Source: a virus
Lineage: Duplodnaviria; Caudoviricetes
Length of the DNA: 38,641 nt
Virus record (IMG/VR): IMGVR_UViG_3300046318_000254
Location: 1 to 38,641 of that record
Strand: one strand, 5' to 3'
Shown: piece after piece, positions 8,157 to 16,518 of the stretch
Layout: every line of letters starts with the position of its first letter
How positions within the stretch are numbered: position 1 is the stretch's first letter
The notes under the pieces: model-generated
The model's database searches: none
Told to the model about the DNA's origin: nothing
Seen by the model: only the letters and a program-made list of their open reading frames with translations
Position numbers and translations under genes: made by a program

Positions 8157-8724
8157 TGATCGCCTCCACTGGTTTTCTGCCATGATTAACGTGATATTTC
8201 AACTTCAACTCAGCATCCCTTCTTGCCTCAATGGCGCTGCCCTTGTCGGCAAACCAACCAATGTGTTGATCTCCTATTTTGACATTCCATAAGTTATGTC
8301 TGCGAGAGTAGCTTACACCCATAGTGCCGGATGTATTGTTTGATGACATTTCCCTATTCTGCATATTGTCCTTCCTACTGACGGACCTCAAATTGCAAAT
8401 GCGGTTATCATTTCTAACGCCATTGATGTGATCAATGTCATGTTCTGGCCAATGCCCGTGGTGCATAACCCACGCGATGCGGTGAGCGTAAAACGCAACA
8501 CTGTTCACTGTACCACGCAGATATTTGTTTTTTGCTACAGAAGTGAACGCCTGATTTCCTGCATTTGCAGCATTCCATGCGTTTGCCATGTGAGACGGGG
8601 TCCGTCCGTCCCTTGGCAAAAATGTTTCTTCACTTCTGCGTTTCCATGTAAAAATCCCAGTGTTGCTATCGTATTCTAAGATTTGACGTAACAGGTCAGC
8701 CGATGGTAAGTAACGTTTTGACAT
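8149..8724 (-). CDS. HNH homing endonuclease with AP2-like C-terminus
   Basis: AHRIAW...IDHINGVRNDNRICNLR; NNTSGTMGVSY; visibly more AT-rich than neighbours. Confidence 0.9.
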   Translation of the reverse strand: MSKRYLPSADLLRQILEYDSNTGIFTWKRRSEETFLPRDGRTPSHMANAWNAANAGNQAFTSVAKNKYLRGTVNSVAFYAHRIAWVMHHGHWPEHDIDHINGVRNDNRICNLRSVSRKDNMQNREMSSNNTSGTMGVSYSRRHNLWNVKIGDQHIGWFADKGSAIEARRDAELKLKYHVNHGRKPVEAING

Positions 8725-8753
8725 GATTGATCACCCCTATGATCAGTTGTGAA

Positions 8754-8812
8754 GGCCCAGAAGCGTTGCAGCGCTCTGGGCCTAACTGTATCAGTTGCAA
8801 AAATTCAGTCAA
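8754..8812 (-). promoter_or_regulatory. Putative HNH promoter and leader hairpin
   Basis: TTGACT-16 nt-TACAGT (8812-8785) followed by GGCCCAGAGCG...CGCTTCTGGGCC stem (8782-8754). Confidence 0.4.
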
Positions 8813-9285
8813 CCGTCAATGGCAGGCTGCGGAAAATCCCCAGCATTGTTATATTTTCCATCGTACGATGCGCTGTCTGTGGTGTAGTGGAAAAGCACCT
8901 GCGCGATGCCGCTGCCCGCCGGAATGTGCAGACGGTCGCGCCCGTGGTACACAAGCTCAAGGGTCAGGAAGCCAGCCCACCCATTTTCCACCACCGTGTT
9001 GAAAACGCTCAGGCCGCGCCTTGCCCATGTGCTTTTGTCGTGGACCACGCCGCACAGGTGGTCAGGCATCTGGAACTCTTCAATGGTGCTGGCCAGCGCA
9101 AAGGTGCCGCTTTTCCGGATGCCATCCACCTCGACGCCCAACGATGTAAAGACGATGTCTTGCTTCACCCGCACATCGTATCCGGCTTCGGACATCCCGT
9201 GGCTGGTAACTGGACCACGGACCTTGTGGTCCAGCATATCCTTGATTGGAGCGGCCTTTAGGAGGGTTTGCCCATTGACTATCAT
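8809..9285 (-). CDS. dcd: dCTP deaminase (trimeric dUTPase superfamily)
   Basis: EAGYDVR, HDKSTWARRG, ENGWAGFLTLEL, GIAQVLF, YDGKY; ATG 9285 overlaps upstream stop. Confidence 0.88.
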   Translation of the reverse strand: MIVNGQTLLKAAPIKDMLDHKVRGPVTSHGMSEAGYDVRVKQDIVFTSLGVEVDGIRKSGTFALASTIEEFQMPDHLCGVVHDKSTWARRGLSVFNTVVENGWAGFLTLELVYHGRDRLHIPAGSGIAQVLFHYTTDSASYDGKYNNAGDFPQPAIDG

Positions 9286-9584
9286 TGCTTCACTCCTTCC
9301 CGCGCCATGTTGCAAATGCGCTTGACCGTGGCATTGCTGGTGGGCTTTTCCTCGGCAATGATGGCCAGCAAAGCTTCTTGCAGTTTGTTGGTGCGGTCCA
9401 GTGTGGCGTGAAGCAGGTTTTCTATTACTTCGTGCTTTTCGATCAATGTGGCCATCCTGCCTTGCAAGACTTCTTTGTCGGCTTGAAGAGAAGACGCCTT
9501 CCGCCCCTCTTCGATTGCCATGTTGACATGAAGGTCAAGCTGTTCACGCAGGCGATTGATCTCTTTCCACGGGGTCCAAATCAT
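9282..9584 (-). CDS. Hypothetical coiled-coil protein
   Basis: ATGA-coupled start at 9584, MIWTPWKEINRLREQL. Confidence 0.65.
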   Translation of the reverse strand: MIWTPWKEINRLREQLDLHVNMAIEEGRKASSLQADKEVLQGRMATLIEKHEVIENLLHATLDRTNKLQEALLAIIAEEKPTSNATVKRICNMAREGVKQ

Positions 9585-9850
9585 ACCATTGGTCCTTTCG
9601 TTGCGGCCTTGACTGCCCACATCGCGCCGTCTTCAATGGCGGTCTGGGCCAAGGCTTGAAGGCGCTTCACTTCGTTGAGGTGCGTGCTGGCATGTACCCA
9701 CTTCTCTGAGGTCATATCGCCGTTAATCTTTGGTTCAGGGATTGCCCCAATCAGGTCGATCAGGTCAGCCGCTGCGCGTTTGATCTTCCCGATTATATCG
9801 TCATTGCTGGGGTTGAACGTGATCCCCACACGGTATTCGCCTTTGGTCAT
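9581..9850 (-). CDS. Acb2/Tad1-like helical hairpin protein (putative cyclic-nucleotide sponge)
   Basis: 89 aa; EYR...FNPS...KIKRAAADLID...RLQALAQTAIEDGAMWAVKAAT fits the R-x2-ALA-x-T-x2-E-x2-xMW-x2-KA pattern of the family. Confidence 0.6.
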   Translation of the reverse strand: MTKGEYRVGITFNPSNDDIIGKIKRAAADLIDLIGAIPEPKINGDMTSEKWVHASTHLNEVKRLQALAQTAIEDGAMWAVKAATKGPMV

Positions 9851-10152
9851 TGCAGGCCTACCTCAGTTTCTTCAAGGTCAGCCCACGGCGTATCCACGGC
9901 GCTGAAAAATGCGCTAAACATTTGCTGCGTGAAACGGTGGGCCGCATCGGGGTTTTCCATGTAGACGATGGTGCCGCCAGCGGCTTCAATGCCAGCGATC
10001 ATGGTTGCGCTGTCTGCTTCGCCTTCAGAGAACAACGGCTTATCCCTGATCTTGTCGCTATCCACAAAGGCAAAGAACGGCGTGGGCTTGTCGCCTAAGC
10101 CCGCCACGCCAACTGCGAGGGTCGTCTTTGGGTTGCCGTAAACGATCTTCAC
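9847..10152 (-). CDS. Hypothetical protein
   Basis: 101 aa, 4-nt overlaps on both sides. Confidence 0.65.
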   Translation of the reverse strand: MKIVYGNPKTTLAVGVAGLGDKPTPFFAFVDSDKIRDKPLFSEGEADSATMIAGIEAAGGTIVYMENPDAAHRFTQQMFSAFFSAVDTPWADLEETEVGLQ

Positions 10153-10394
10153 GCTGGCACCATGCCGTTGGCAATGCCACGCGCCATGCTGTCGATTTCC
10201 TCGTTGACCGCCAGACGCAAGACGGTCAGGGCATCGGCCCGCATCCCCTCGTTCACGCAGCCCAGCCAGAACGCCACAGCGCCCTGAAACGTGCCAAGCA
10301 GCACATCGGGCGGGGCAATCTGTTCGTCGTTGACCATTGCGCCAAGCGTTTCTGCCACGCGGACTGCAACGCCCTTGATGTTTTCATTGGTCAT
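10149..10394 (-). CDS. Hypothetical protein
   Basis: 81 aa, GGAGA RBS, coupled to neighbours. Confidence 0.65.
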   Translation of the reverse strand: MTNENIKGVAVRVAETLGAMVNDEQIAPPDVLLGTFQGAVAFWLGCVNEGMRADALTVLRLAVNEEIDSMARGIANGMVPA

Positions 10395-10548
10395 TTACGA
10401 TCTCCATTGCCTTGAAGGCTGCTTCTTTTTCACTTGGGGCTTCGATGGTGTGAACCGTCTCGCTGCCCGTGTCCCAGTCGGTGACCGTGACGATCCACTG
10501 GCCATCCTTGCCGGACTTGTCCACCACGGCCCTAAGCTTTTTCTGCAT
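10384..10548 (-). CDS. Hypothetical protein
   Basis: 54 aa MQKKLRAVVDKSGKDGQW; GGGGGA upstream; fills operon. Confidence 0.55.
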   Translation of the reverse strand: MQKKLRAVVDKSGKDGQWIVTVTDWDTGSETVHTIEAPSEKEAAFKAMEIVNDQ

Positions 10549-10768
10549 CACGCATCCCCCGCAGGAAACCAATAGACTGCTCGACGCAGTAGACCAAGCT
10601 TTCCTCCATCGTGTCGTCGGTAACGGTGGGAACCTTAAACGCAAACCCGTAGATCACAAAAGTGTGGGCCAAGGCGTTCATCACATCGTTAAGCGTCAGT
10701 TCATGCTTGTCAGCGTATTCTGTGACAAACTCGCTTAGGGCGTTTGTCAGCCCGTTGATCTTATCCAT
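10532..10768 (-). CDS. Hypothetical protein
   Basis: 78 aa from ATG 10768 after GGAGG. Confidence 0.6.
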   Translation of the reverse strand: MDKINGLTNALSEFVTEYADKHELTLNDVMNALAHTFVIYGFAFKVPTVTDDTMEESLVYCVEQSIGFLRGMRDAEKA

Positions 10769-10781
10769 GCCGATCCCTCCA

Positions 10782-12419
10782 TCAGGCGTTGTAAAGTGGC
10801 GCGTTCTGGTTTCCGTGGAAGACGCGACTGTCTTCAATCTCGGCCATCCGTTCCGGCGCTCTTGTGAGCATACCCACATCGCGAAGGTGTTTCAACCCCA
10901 TTGAGACGGTATCGACCAGATCGTCATGGGCACCACGGGGGAAAGACGATGTCTGCCGGATCACCATTTCGGCCCAGTCTTTGTTGGGGGCGTAGACCAT
11001 GCCTTCGCTGAAAATATGCTGGATGGAATAAAGCCGCGCCACCTTGTCGAGGGTCTTGGGGTCGTACATCTGCACCCCGAACCGGGCGTGGTTGAACACC
11101 CGCCGCAGTTCCTGCGCCACGCTGTGCCCGGCGGCCTTGTTTTCGATCAGCAACAGGTCAACCTTCATCCGCGAACATATGTCTTCAACCTTGACCACCA
11201 GATCGCCGATTTCGAGGTGATCCTGCCATGCGTACATCAGCATGACCTTGGCGGTTGCGCCGAGGGCTTCGGACTGGGTCGATGTCGCGGTTTCGATGGT
11301 GCGCCCGTAGCGATCCACCATGCGGGTCGATGCCTGATCGGCAGACGCGCTGAACACGCCCCAGATCGTCAGGGCGCTTGGGTCATTCTCGGCCTTGGTG
11401 GTGTAGGCGGTGTCGAGCGATGCCACGATGTATTCGATGGGCGGGTATTCGCCCTTGTCCCACAACTGCCACCATGCGTCTTTGACGATCCCGCCGCCAC
11501 GGGGCTCGGGGCTTTGCTGGTATTGCCCGGCGGTCGCATAGGGGCCCATCGCCGCTTCGTCGCGTTCCACGACGTGCAGAGGGAAGCGATCTTCAAACAG
11601 CAATTCGCCGTCGTCTTCCCGGGGATCGGCATAGCCCAGCCGGGTCACGCAGGCGCGTGATGGGTCGAAACGCATGGGCAGCATGATGTGGTCATAGCCC
11701 ATGTCTTTGTCGAGGATCACGCCGGACACGTCGCGCTCGTGCAGGCGCTGCATCACCACCACGATGGCTGACCGGTCAGGATTGTTCAGACGGCTGGTCA
11801 CGGCCTCCTTGAACAGGTTGGTGACGCTCTCGCGCTTGGCGTCGCTGTTGGCGTCGTCCACGCTGTGCGGGTCGTCCACGATCACCCGGTCGCCGCGATA
11901 GCCTGTGATCCCGGTAAAAGCGCAGGCCTGCCGCGATCCCGTGGCCGTGGTTTCGAACTTTGCCTTGGCGTTCTGGTCGCCCGTGATGGTGACGCGGTCG
12001 CCCCAGTGGCCCTGATACCATTCGTCGGTGACCAAGCGCCGCATCCGCAAACTGTCGCGGATCGCCAGTTCCAAGCTGTGGCTGGCGCAGACGTATCTCA
12101 TATTTGGCATGTTTCGCGGGCCCCATTCCCACGCTGGCCAGAATACGCCGATCAGCAGGGATTTCATGGTGCCGGGCGGGACGTTGACCAGCAGGCGGTT
12201 ATAGAACGTGCCGTCGTCGTTCAGGTCGCCATCCGTGATCGCTTCCAGATGGGCGCAGATGAAGTCGATGTGCCACCCGTGGATGTAGGGCTGGCCCGGT
12301 TCGATCACCGCCCACGCAGCCTTGACGAACGCCGCCAATGACATTTCGCACTTGCGCTTTTCGATGGCCCGCAGCGTTCCAGTGCGGTCCACCGGGCGCG
12401 GCAGGGTTATCACGCCCAT
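10782..12419 (-). CDS. terL: Terminase large subunit
   Basis: NVPPGTMKS (Walker A), VIVDDPH (Walker B), VMQRLHERD, LDTAYT, HDDLVD nuclease motifs. Confidence 0.95.
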   Translation of the reverse strand: MGVITLPRPVDRTGTLRAIEKRKCEMSLAAFVKAAWAVIEPGQPYIHGWHIDFICAHLEAITDGDLNDDGTFYNRLLVNVPPGTMKSLLIGVFWPAWEWGPRNMPNMRYVCASHSLELAIRDSLRMRRLVTDEWYQGHWGDRVTITGDQNAKAKFETTATGSRQACAFTGITGYRGDRVIVDDPHSVDDANSDAKRESVTNLFKEAVTSRLNNPDRSAIVVVMQRLHERDVSGVILDKDMGYDHIMLPMRFDPSRACVTRLGYADPREDDGELLFEDRFPLHVVERDEAAMGPYATAGQYQQSPEPRGGGIVKDAWWQLWDKGEYPPIEYIVASLDTAYTTKAENDPSALTIWGVFSASADQASTRMVDRYGRTIETATSTQSEALGATAKVMLMYAWQDHLEIGDLVVKVEDICSRMKVDLLLIENKAAGHSVAQELRRVFNHARFGVQMYDPKTLDKVARLYSIQHIFSEGMVYAPNKDWAEMVIRQTSSFPRGAHDDLVDTVSMGLKHLRDVGMLTRAPERMAEIEDSRVFHGNQNAPLYNA

Positions 12420-13015
12420 AACAACCTCACGGGGCCGCCGGGCACGTCGTCGTCAAAAACGCCGCAGCAAAGGTCACGCATCCCGGCGTCAAGGCAGGTG
12501 CGGTTGGACAGCGTCAGAACGCCCGGCGTGTGACCGTGGACGACGTGCTTATCGCGCCATCCGATGTCGGCCCCTTCCGGGTAGCGAAACCATTGGGTGA
12601 CGCTTTCCGGCTGGTCGGCAAGATCAAAGGCGGGATGAACCCCGGCGTGAACGTAAACCCGGTGGGCGTCGCTGTGGGTGCGGGGCAGGCTGAGAAACCA
12701 GTTCATGTCGGCTTGCAGCGCCACAGGGTCCAGCGTCCCGGTCAGCGGGTGCTTGTAGGACAGGACCGTGCTTGCCCCACCATTTGACAGCCACATATGC
12801 GGATCAGGCGCACACAGCATGTCCTCATGGTTTCCACGCAGGCACACGGCATCGGGCAGGGAACGCACCAGCGCCACCACTTCGCGGCTTTCGCTACCAC
12901 GATCCACATAGTCGCCGAGGAACACCACCTTGGCACCATCGGGCACCTGCGCCAGTATTGATTGCAGCGAAGCCAACCTGCCATGCACGTCGGTGATGAC
13001 GTATGTTTCAGGCAT
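12410..13015 (-). CDS. PPP-family Ser/Thr protein phosphatase / metallophosphoesterase (lambda NinI-like)
   Basis: DVHG, GDYVDRG, GNHE, HAG, HGHT all present. Confidence 0.9.
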   Translation of the reverse strand: MPETYVITDVHGRLASLQSILAQVPDGAKVVFLGDYVDRGSESREVVALVRSLPDAVCLRGNHEDMLCAPDPHMWLSNGGASTVLSYKHPLTGTLDPVALQADMNWFLSLPRTHSDAHRVYVHAGVHPAFDLADQPESVTQWFRYPEGADIGWRDKHVVHGHTPGVLTLSNRTCLDAGMRDLCCGVFDDDVPGGPVRLLWA

Positions 13016-13451
13016 TTCCCAGCGCCTTTTCTAGCGCGTCCAGTTCTTCCATTGACAGGTTTGACACGTTCAGGGTGTGCGTCACCGCCACGGTCCCGGT
13101 GTTTTCAACCTCAATCTTTTCGCCGTACCGCTTAGGCCGACGCTTGCCAGCCGACCATTTGTATGCGTCTATGGCCACACGGGCTGCGTTGGGGTCTAAA
13201 TTGCCATCCAAAACAGCCTGCGCCACGTCCGCAATTTTGTCTGCGTCGGCGTCCGCCATATCCTCTCGCGCCTGCGCGTAGCTTGCAGCAAATTCAGGGT
13301 TTCCCCTAATCCAGCGCATCACGGTTGGATAGGACGGAAAGCTTTGGTCGGACTTCAAAAAGGTCACAAGGCCGATCCCGGATGAGATGGCTTCTAGGAT
13401 TTTATCTGCGATGTCTTGGTCGAACGGTAGCGGCGGACGGCCTGCGGGCAT
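13008..13451 (-). CDS. terS: Terminase small subunit (Sf6 gp1-like)
   Basis: GRPP...IADKILEAI...PSYPTVMRW...YAQARE...IDAYKW...PKRYGEK; upstream of terL. Confidence 0.85.
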   Translation of the reverse strand: MPAGRPPLPFDQDIADKILEAISSGIGLVTFLKSDQSFPSYPTVMRWIRGNPEFAASYAQAREDMADADADKIADVAQAVLDGNLDPNAARVAIDAYKWSAGKRRPKRYGEKIEVENTGTVAVTHTLNVSNLSMEELDALEKALGNA

Positions 13452-13524
13452 GTGATGGCACCCCTTTCATGGATAGGATGCCATCAACATAGCACCGCGT
13501 TCCCGGAAATGATAGATGGCGACC

Positions 13525-13728
13525 TCACCAAGGGATTTCGTCGTTGAGATCGCGGTTTGCCTGTGCGGCTATGGCGTAGCGGTCAACGCGGCGCTTGGCA
13601 TTCTCTGCCTGCCATTCCTCGATTGTCGGGACAGGCTGGCCTTCGCGCTGTAGATTGGCCACATCGTCATAATAATCGTTGAGGTCTTGATCAATCGCCT
13701 CTTGGTACTGTTCGTTGTAGGTCAGCAT
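13525..13728 (-). CDS. Hypothetical early protein
   Basis: 67 aa with CAACCAC-GGAGAC leader. Confidence 0.75.
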   Translation of the reverse strand: MLTYNEQYQEAIDQDLNDYYDDVANLQREGQPVPTIEEWQAENAKRRVDRYAIAAQANRDLNDEIPW

Positions 13729-13779
13729 TTTGTGTCTCCGTGGTTGGGGTTGGTGGGGGCCGCAGCCCCCGTTTCTTAA

Positions 13780-14001
13780 TCAGCCTGCGACATCGTTGTC
13801 AGCAAACCATTTGCAAATAGCGAAGTCCTCGCAGAAGCACAGGTTGGACTCAAGGATCGCCAGAGGGTCACCGCCCAGCGCCACTGAGCTTTCCTCGGCG
13901 TCGATCACCATGCACTGGATCGCGTTGTGGAGGTCGATGCGGGCAACGTCTGGCAGTGCGAAGGCGAGGTCTTTGATCTGGGCGAAGGTTTGGGCGGCCA
14001 T
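13780..14001 (-). CDS. Hypothetical early protein
   Basis: 73 aa from ATG 14001 after CAACCACGGAGAC. Confidence 0.75.
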   Translation of the reverse strand: MAAQTFAQIKDLAFALPDVARIDLHNAIQCMVIDAEESSVALGGDPLAILESNLCFCEDFAICKWFADNDVAG

Positions 14002-14029
14002 GGTAGTCTCCGTGGTTGGTTGATGACCC

Positions 14030-14058
14030 TTATTACATCGTACTAAGCACACCGTCAA
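14030..14058 (-). promoter_or_regulatory. Sigma70-like early promoter
   Basis: TTGACG-17 nt-TAATAA then GGGTCA. Confidence 0.65.
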
Positions 14059-14070
14059 CAGTTAATTTAA

Positions 14071-14102
14071 TAAAAAAGCCCCCACCGTTTCCGGCAGGGG
14101 CT
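14071..14102 (-). terminator. Rho-independent terminator
   Basis: AGCCCCTGCCGGAAACGGTGGGGGCT followed by a T run on minus strand. Confidence 0.75.
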
Positions 14103-14145
14103 AGTCGGGCAGGAATGCCAAACAGAGAGGCCCCCAAGGTAGCAC

Positions 14146-14277
14146 TTAGAACGGCGGTTCGCAATCCTTGTACCATGTGCCTGCCCAGTTAATCGGCGGT
14201 CGGGTCTGGGCTGCCACCTCCAGCAGCCCGATGAACCGCATGAACGCCACCAGATCGGCGGGGATCACACCTTCCAT
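14146..14277 (-). CDS. Small hypothetical protein
   Basis: 43 aa MEGVIPADLVAF...CEPPF, GGAGA upstream, ends before terminator. Confidence 0.45.
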   Translation of the reverse strand: MEGVIPADLVAFMRFIGLLEVAAQTRPPINWAGTWYKDCEPPF

Positions 14278-14447
14278 CCCATATCTCCGGCCACCTTTTT
14301 CAGCGCCTTGATCAAATCCCGGACCTCCTTCGCCTTTCCAAGCTGGATGCTCTCCGGCAACAAGTGCATTGCCGTTTTCTGATTGATCCAAATCGCTTCA
14401 CAATCAAATTTCACTTTGATCGGTTCGCCTTTGCATTTGACCTTCAT
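14265..14447 (-). CDS. Small hypothetical protein
   Basis: 60 aa directly after SprT-like stop. Confidence 0.55.
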   Translation of the reverse strand: MKVKCKGEPIKVKFDCEAIWINQKTAMHLLPESIQLGKAKEVRDLIKALKKVAGDMGWKV

Positions 14448-14448
14448 C

Positions 14449-15069
14449 TCACTCTTCCCCTTCCATGTGTTCCTGACAATCGCCGCACATCAGGTTTGCG
14501 CCCTGCTTGGCCCAAGCTTTGAAACCGCAGCACGGGCAGGTGTGCTTGACCTTGGACAGGTCTTTCTTTTTCTCGGCCTTTTCGCGGGGCTGGGTGAAGT
14601 AGGGGATGTCAAACGGCATCAGTTCTTCGAACGCCACGTCGAACGGCCCGCCTTCGTCGATCATGTGCGTGACCTTGCGGCCCGTCATCTTGCCACCCTC
14701 GGCCCCCGTGTCGGTGGGGGTCAGGCCGACCTTCAGCATCATGTTGGCCCATTCCATGTTGTGGTGGCCGCCCTTGGACGGGGTGCCATATTCTTGCTGT
14801 TCGAGGTGGGTCATCTCATGCACCAGCGTTCCCAGCACAGCGCGGATGTCGCGGTCCATCGTGTTGGGGTTCAGGGCGATCTCGTGCGTTTCATCCCCAT
14901 CGCGATGCTTGAACTGCTCGGCGTGGAAGTAGCCGTGGGCACCAGTGCGGCGTGTCAGGGTAAACATCACCGACGGCAGGCGCTGGGCGAACAGCGTCTT
15001 GTTGAAGTGATTGAACGCCTTTTCCAGCGCGGTGTAGGTTTCGGCGGTGGGGGTTTGGTAGTTGGTCAT
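14449..15069 (-). CDS. SprT-like zinc metalloprotease with C-terminal zinc ribbon
   Basis: LVHEMTH (HExxH), GGHHN, CPCC...CGDC; ATG 15069 after GGAGAC. Confidence 0.85.
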   Translation of the reverse strand: MTNYQTPTAETYTALEKAFNHFNKTLFAQRLPSVMFTLTRRTGAHGYFHAEQFKHRDGDETHEIALNPNTMDRDIRAVLGTLVHEMTHLEQQEYGTPSKGGHHNMEWANMMLKVGLTPTDTGAEGGKMTGRKVTHMIDEGGPFDVAFEELMPFDIPYFTQPREKAEKKKDLSKVKHTCPCCGFKAWAKQGANLMCGDCQEHMEGEE

Positions 15070-15097
15070 GTTCGTCTCCATTGTGGTTGGTGACCCC

Positions 15098-15126
15098 CTG
15101 ATACGCCGTACGCAACAGAGGGTCAA
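15098..15126 (-). promoter_or_regulatory. Sigma70-like early promoter with dyad symmetry
   Basis: TTGACC-17 nt (contains CGTACG)-TATCAG then GGGGTCA. Confidence 0.6.
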
Positions 15127-15135
15127 GAACTATTT

Positions 15136-15318
15136 TTAGTTGCGGTAGGCGTCCGAAATCTGCGCCATGACGGTTTCTGCCTCGGCGCGGGTGGCGTATG
15201 ATTTGAAGGGATAACGCTCCCCAGTTACAGCCTGCACGGCATCGCGCAGCTTTTCGTTGTGCAGGCTGCTGGTCAGGATTTCCAGTTCCCAGCCCGATGC
15301 GGATTGATAGACATACAT
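15136..15318 (-). CDS. Hypothetical early protein
   Basis: 60 aa, CAACCACAGGAGAC leader. Confidence 0.7.
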   Translation of the reverse strand: MYVYQSASGWELEILTSSLHNEKLRDAVQAVTGERYPFKSYATRAEAETVMAQISDAYRN

Positions 15319-15339
15319 GTTCGTCTCCTGTGGTTGGGG

Positions 15340-15600
15340 TTATGCGGGAACTGCTGCGTTTGCTTTTTTCAGGCGACCATCCCAGTAGGCTGCGCCCAAG
15401 ATGCTGTGCTTGACCATCGGCTGAAGCTTGTAGGTCCACTCGTTCTGGGCGCGGAGCGTCACGTTGTCGGACGGTTCGTCGCCTTCGTAAGACCACCACG
15501 GCAGGTTGTCGCTTTCGTCAACGATGAAGGAAAAGCCTTCAAACGTGAAGTGCAGGTCAACTTGCTCGTCGTCGCCGTCATCGAAAATATAGGGGTTCAT
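15340..15600 (-). CDS. Hypothetical acidic early protein
   Basis: 86 aa from ATG 15600, CAACCACTGGAGAC leader. Confidence 0.7.
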   Translation of the reverse strand: MNPYIFDDGDDEQVDLHFTFEGFSFIVDESDNLPWWSYEGDEPSDNVTLRAQNEWTYKLQPMVKHSILGAAYWDGRLKKANAAVPA

Positions 15601-15625
15601 GGTCGTCTCCAGTGGTTGATAACCC

Positions 15626-15654
15626 CGTGTAACGTACGATGCACACGGGGTCAA
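15626..15654 (-). promoter_or_regulatory. Sigma70-like early promoter with dyad symmetry
   Basis: TTGACC-17 nt (CGTACG)-TACACG then GGGTTA; ACCCCGTGT/ACACGGGGT inverted repeat. Confidence 0.55.
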
Positions 15655-15663
15655 GCACTATTT

Positions 15664-15936
15664 TTAGTAATATTGATGCGCCTTGATCTGCCACTTGTCG
15701 ATCCAATCCTCATCGACCAGCATGGTCAGGACGGTCTTCAAGACCTTGGCCAGCCGGACCTCGCCATGTCCCACGAACACGACGTGGGGGAACTCCGGGC
15801 GGAATTCGGCGGGGAACAGCGCATCGGTGCGCTCGGCGTATTCGAAATGCAGGCCGTGATCCTTTTCGTTGAAACAGCCAAGGATGCGACCCTGATCTGC
15901 GGTGCGGCGGGCATTAATGTAAGGGGCAAACGCCAT
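15664..15936 (-). CDS. Hypothetical early protein
   Basis: 90 aa from ATG 15936, CAACCACTGGAGG leader. Confidence 0.7.
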   Translation of the reverse strand: MAFAPYINARRTADQGRILGCFNEKDHGLHFEYAERTDALFPAEFRPEFPHVVFVGHGEVRLAKVLKTVLTMLVDEDWIDKWQIKAHQYY

Positions 15937-15989
15937 GATGGCCTCCAGTGGTTGGGGTGGTGGCGGGGGCCATGAAGCCCCCGGCCAGA

Positions 15990-16214
15990 TCACGCTGCGA
16001 CGATGTCGCTGAAGAAGTCCAACACCGCATCGCGGTTGTCAGCGGCGGTTTCCTCGAACGACAGGAAGATGCCATCCGTGTCGTACTTCTTGCAGACCAA
16101 GCCTGCCTTCAGCACGATCTGGCAGCCATTGCCCTCGGACCAGAACCGCCCGATCTGTGCTGCCCGGCGCTTGCCGATCCAGCGGTTGATTTGGGTTTGT
16201 GAGATGACTGCCAT
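15990..16214 (-). CDS. Hypothetical early protein
   Basis: 74 aa, CAACCACAGGAGG leader. Confidence 0.7.
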   Translation of the reverse strand: MAVISQTQINRWIGKRRAAQIGRFWSEGNGCQIVLKAGLVCKKYDTDGIFLSFEETAADNRDAVLDFFSDIVAA

Positions 16215-16261
16215 CTCGGCCTCCTGTGGTTGGCGGCCACCACCATCGGTGGCCGTAACCC

Positions 16262-16290
16262 TTCATATCGCGTTTCACCGTACGATGCAA
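16262..16290 (-). promoter_or_regulatory. Sigma70-like early promoter
   Basis: TTGCAT-17 nt (begins CGTACG)-TATGAA then GGGTTA. Confidence 0.6.
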
Positions 16291-16293
16291 CAA

Positions 16294-16518
16294 CTATTTT
16301 GTGGGTTTCTGTACTTTTATCCAGACCGATCCGCCATCGACCGCAATCTTTGCCTCGGTGATCCGATGATGCCACTGCCGAACATCCAGAGGAACCTCCA
16401 ATTGCCGCCAGCCATCCCTTTCCAGTTTTCGCCTTTCGCGCAAGATCGACAGCGTTTGTCTGGTCCAGTCAGTAACCAACACGGTCGCCCACTTCCAGCA
16501 TGGCATCGGCCATCGCAT
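16294..16518 (-). CDS. Hypothetical protein (start uncertain)
   Basis: Fills gap in operon; TDWTRQTLSILRERRKLERDGW...GGSVWIK. Confidence 0.5.
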   Translation of the reverse strand: MRWPMPCWKWATVLVTDWTRQTLSILRERRKLERDGWRQLEVPLDVRQWHHRITEAKIAVDGGSVWIKVQKPTK

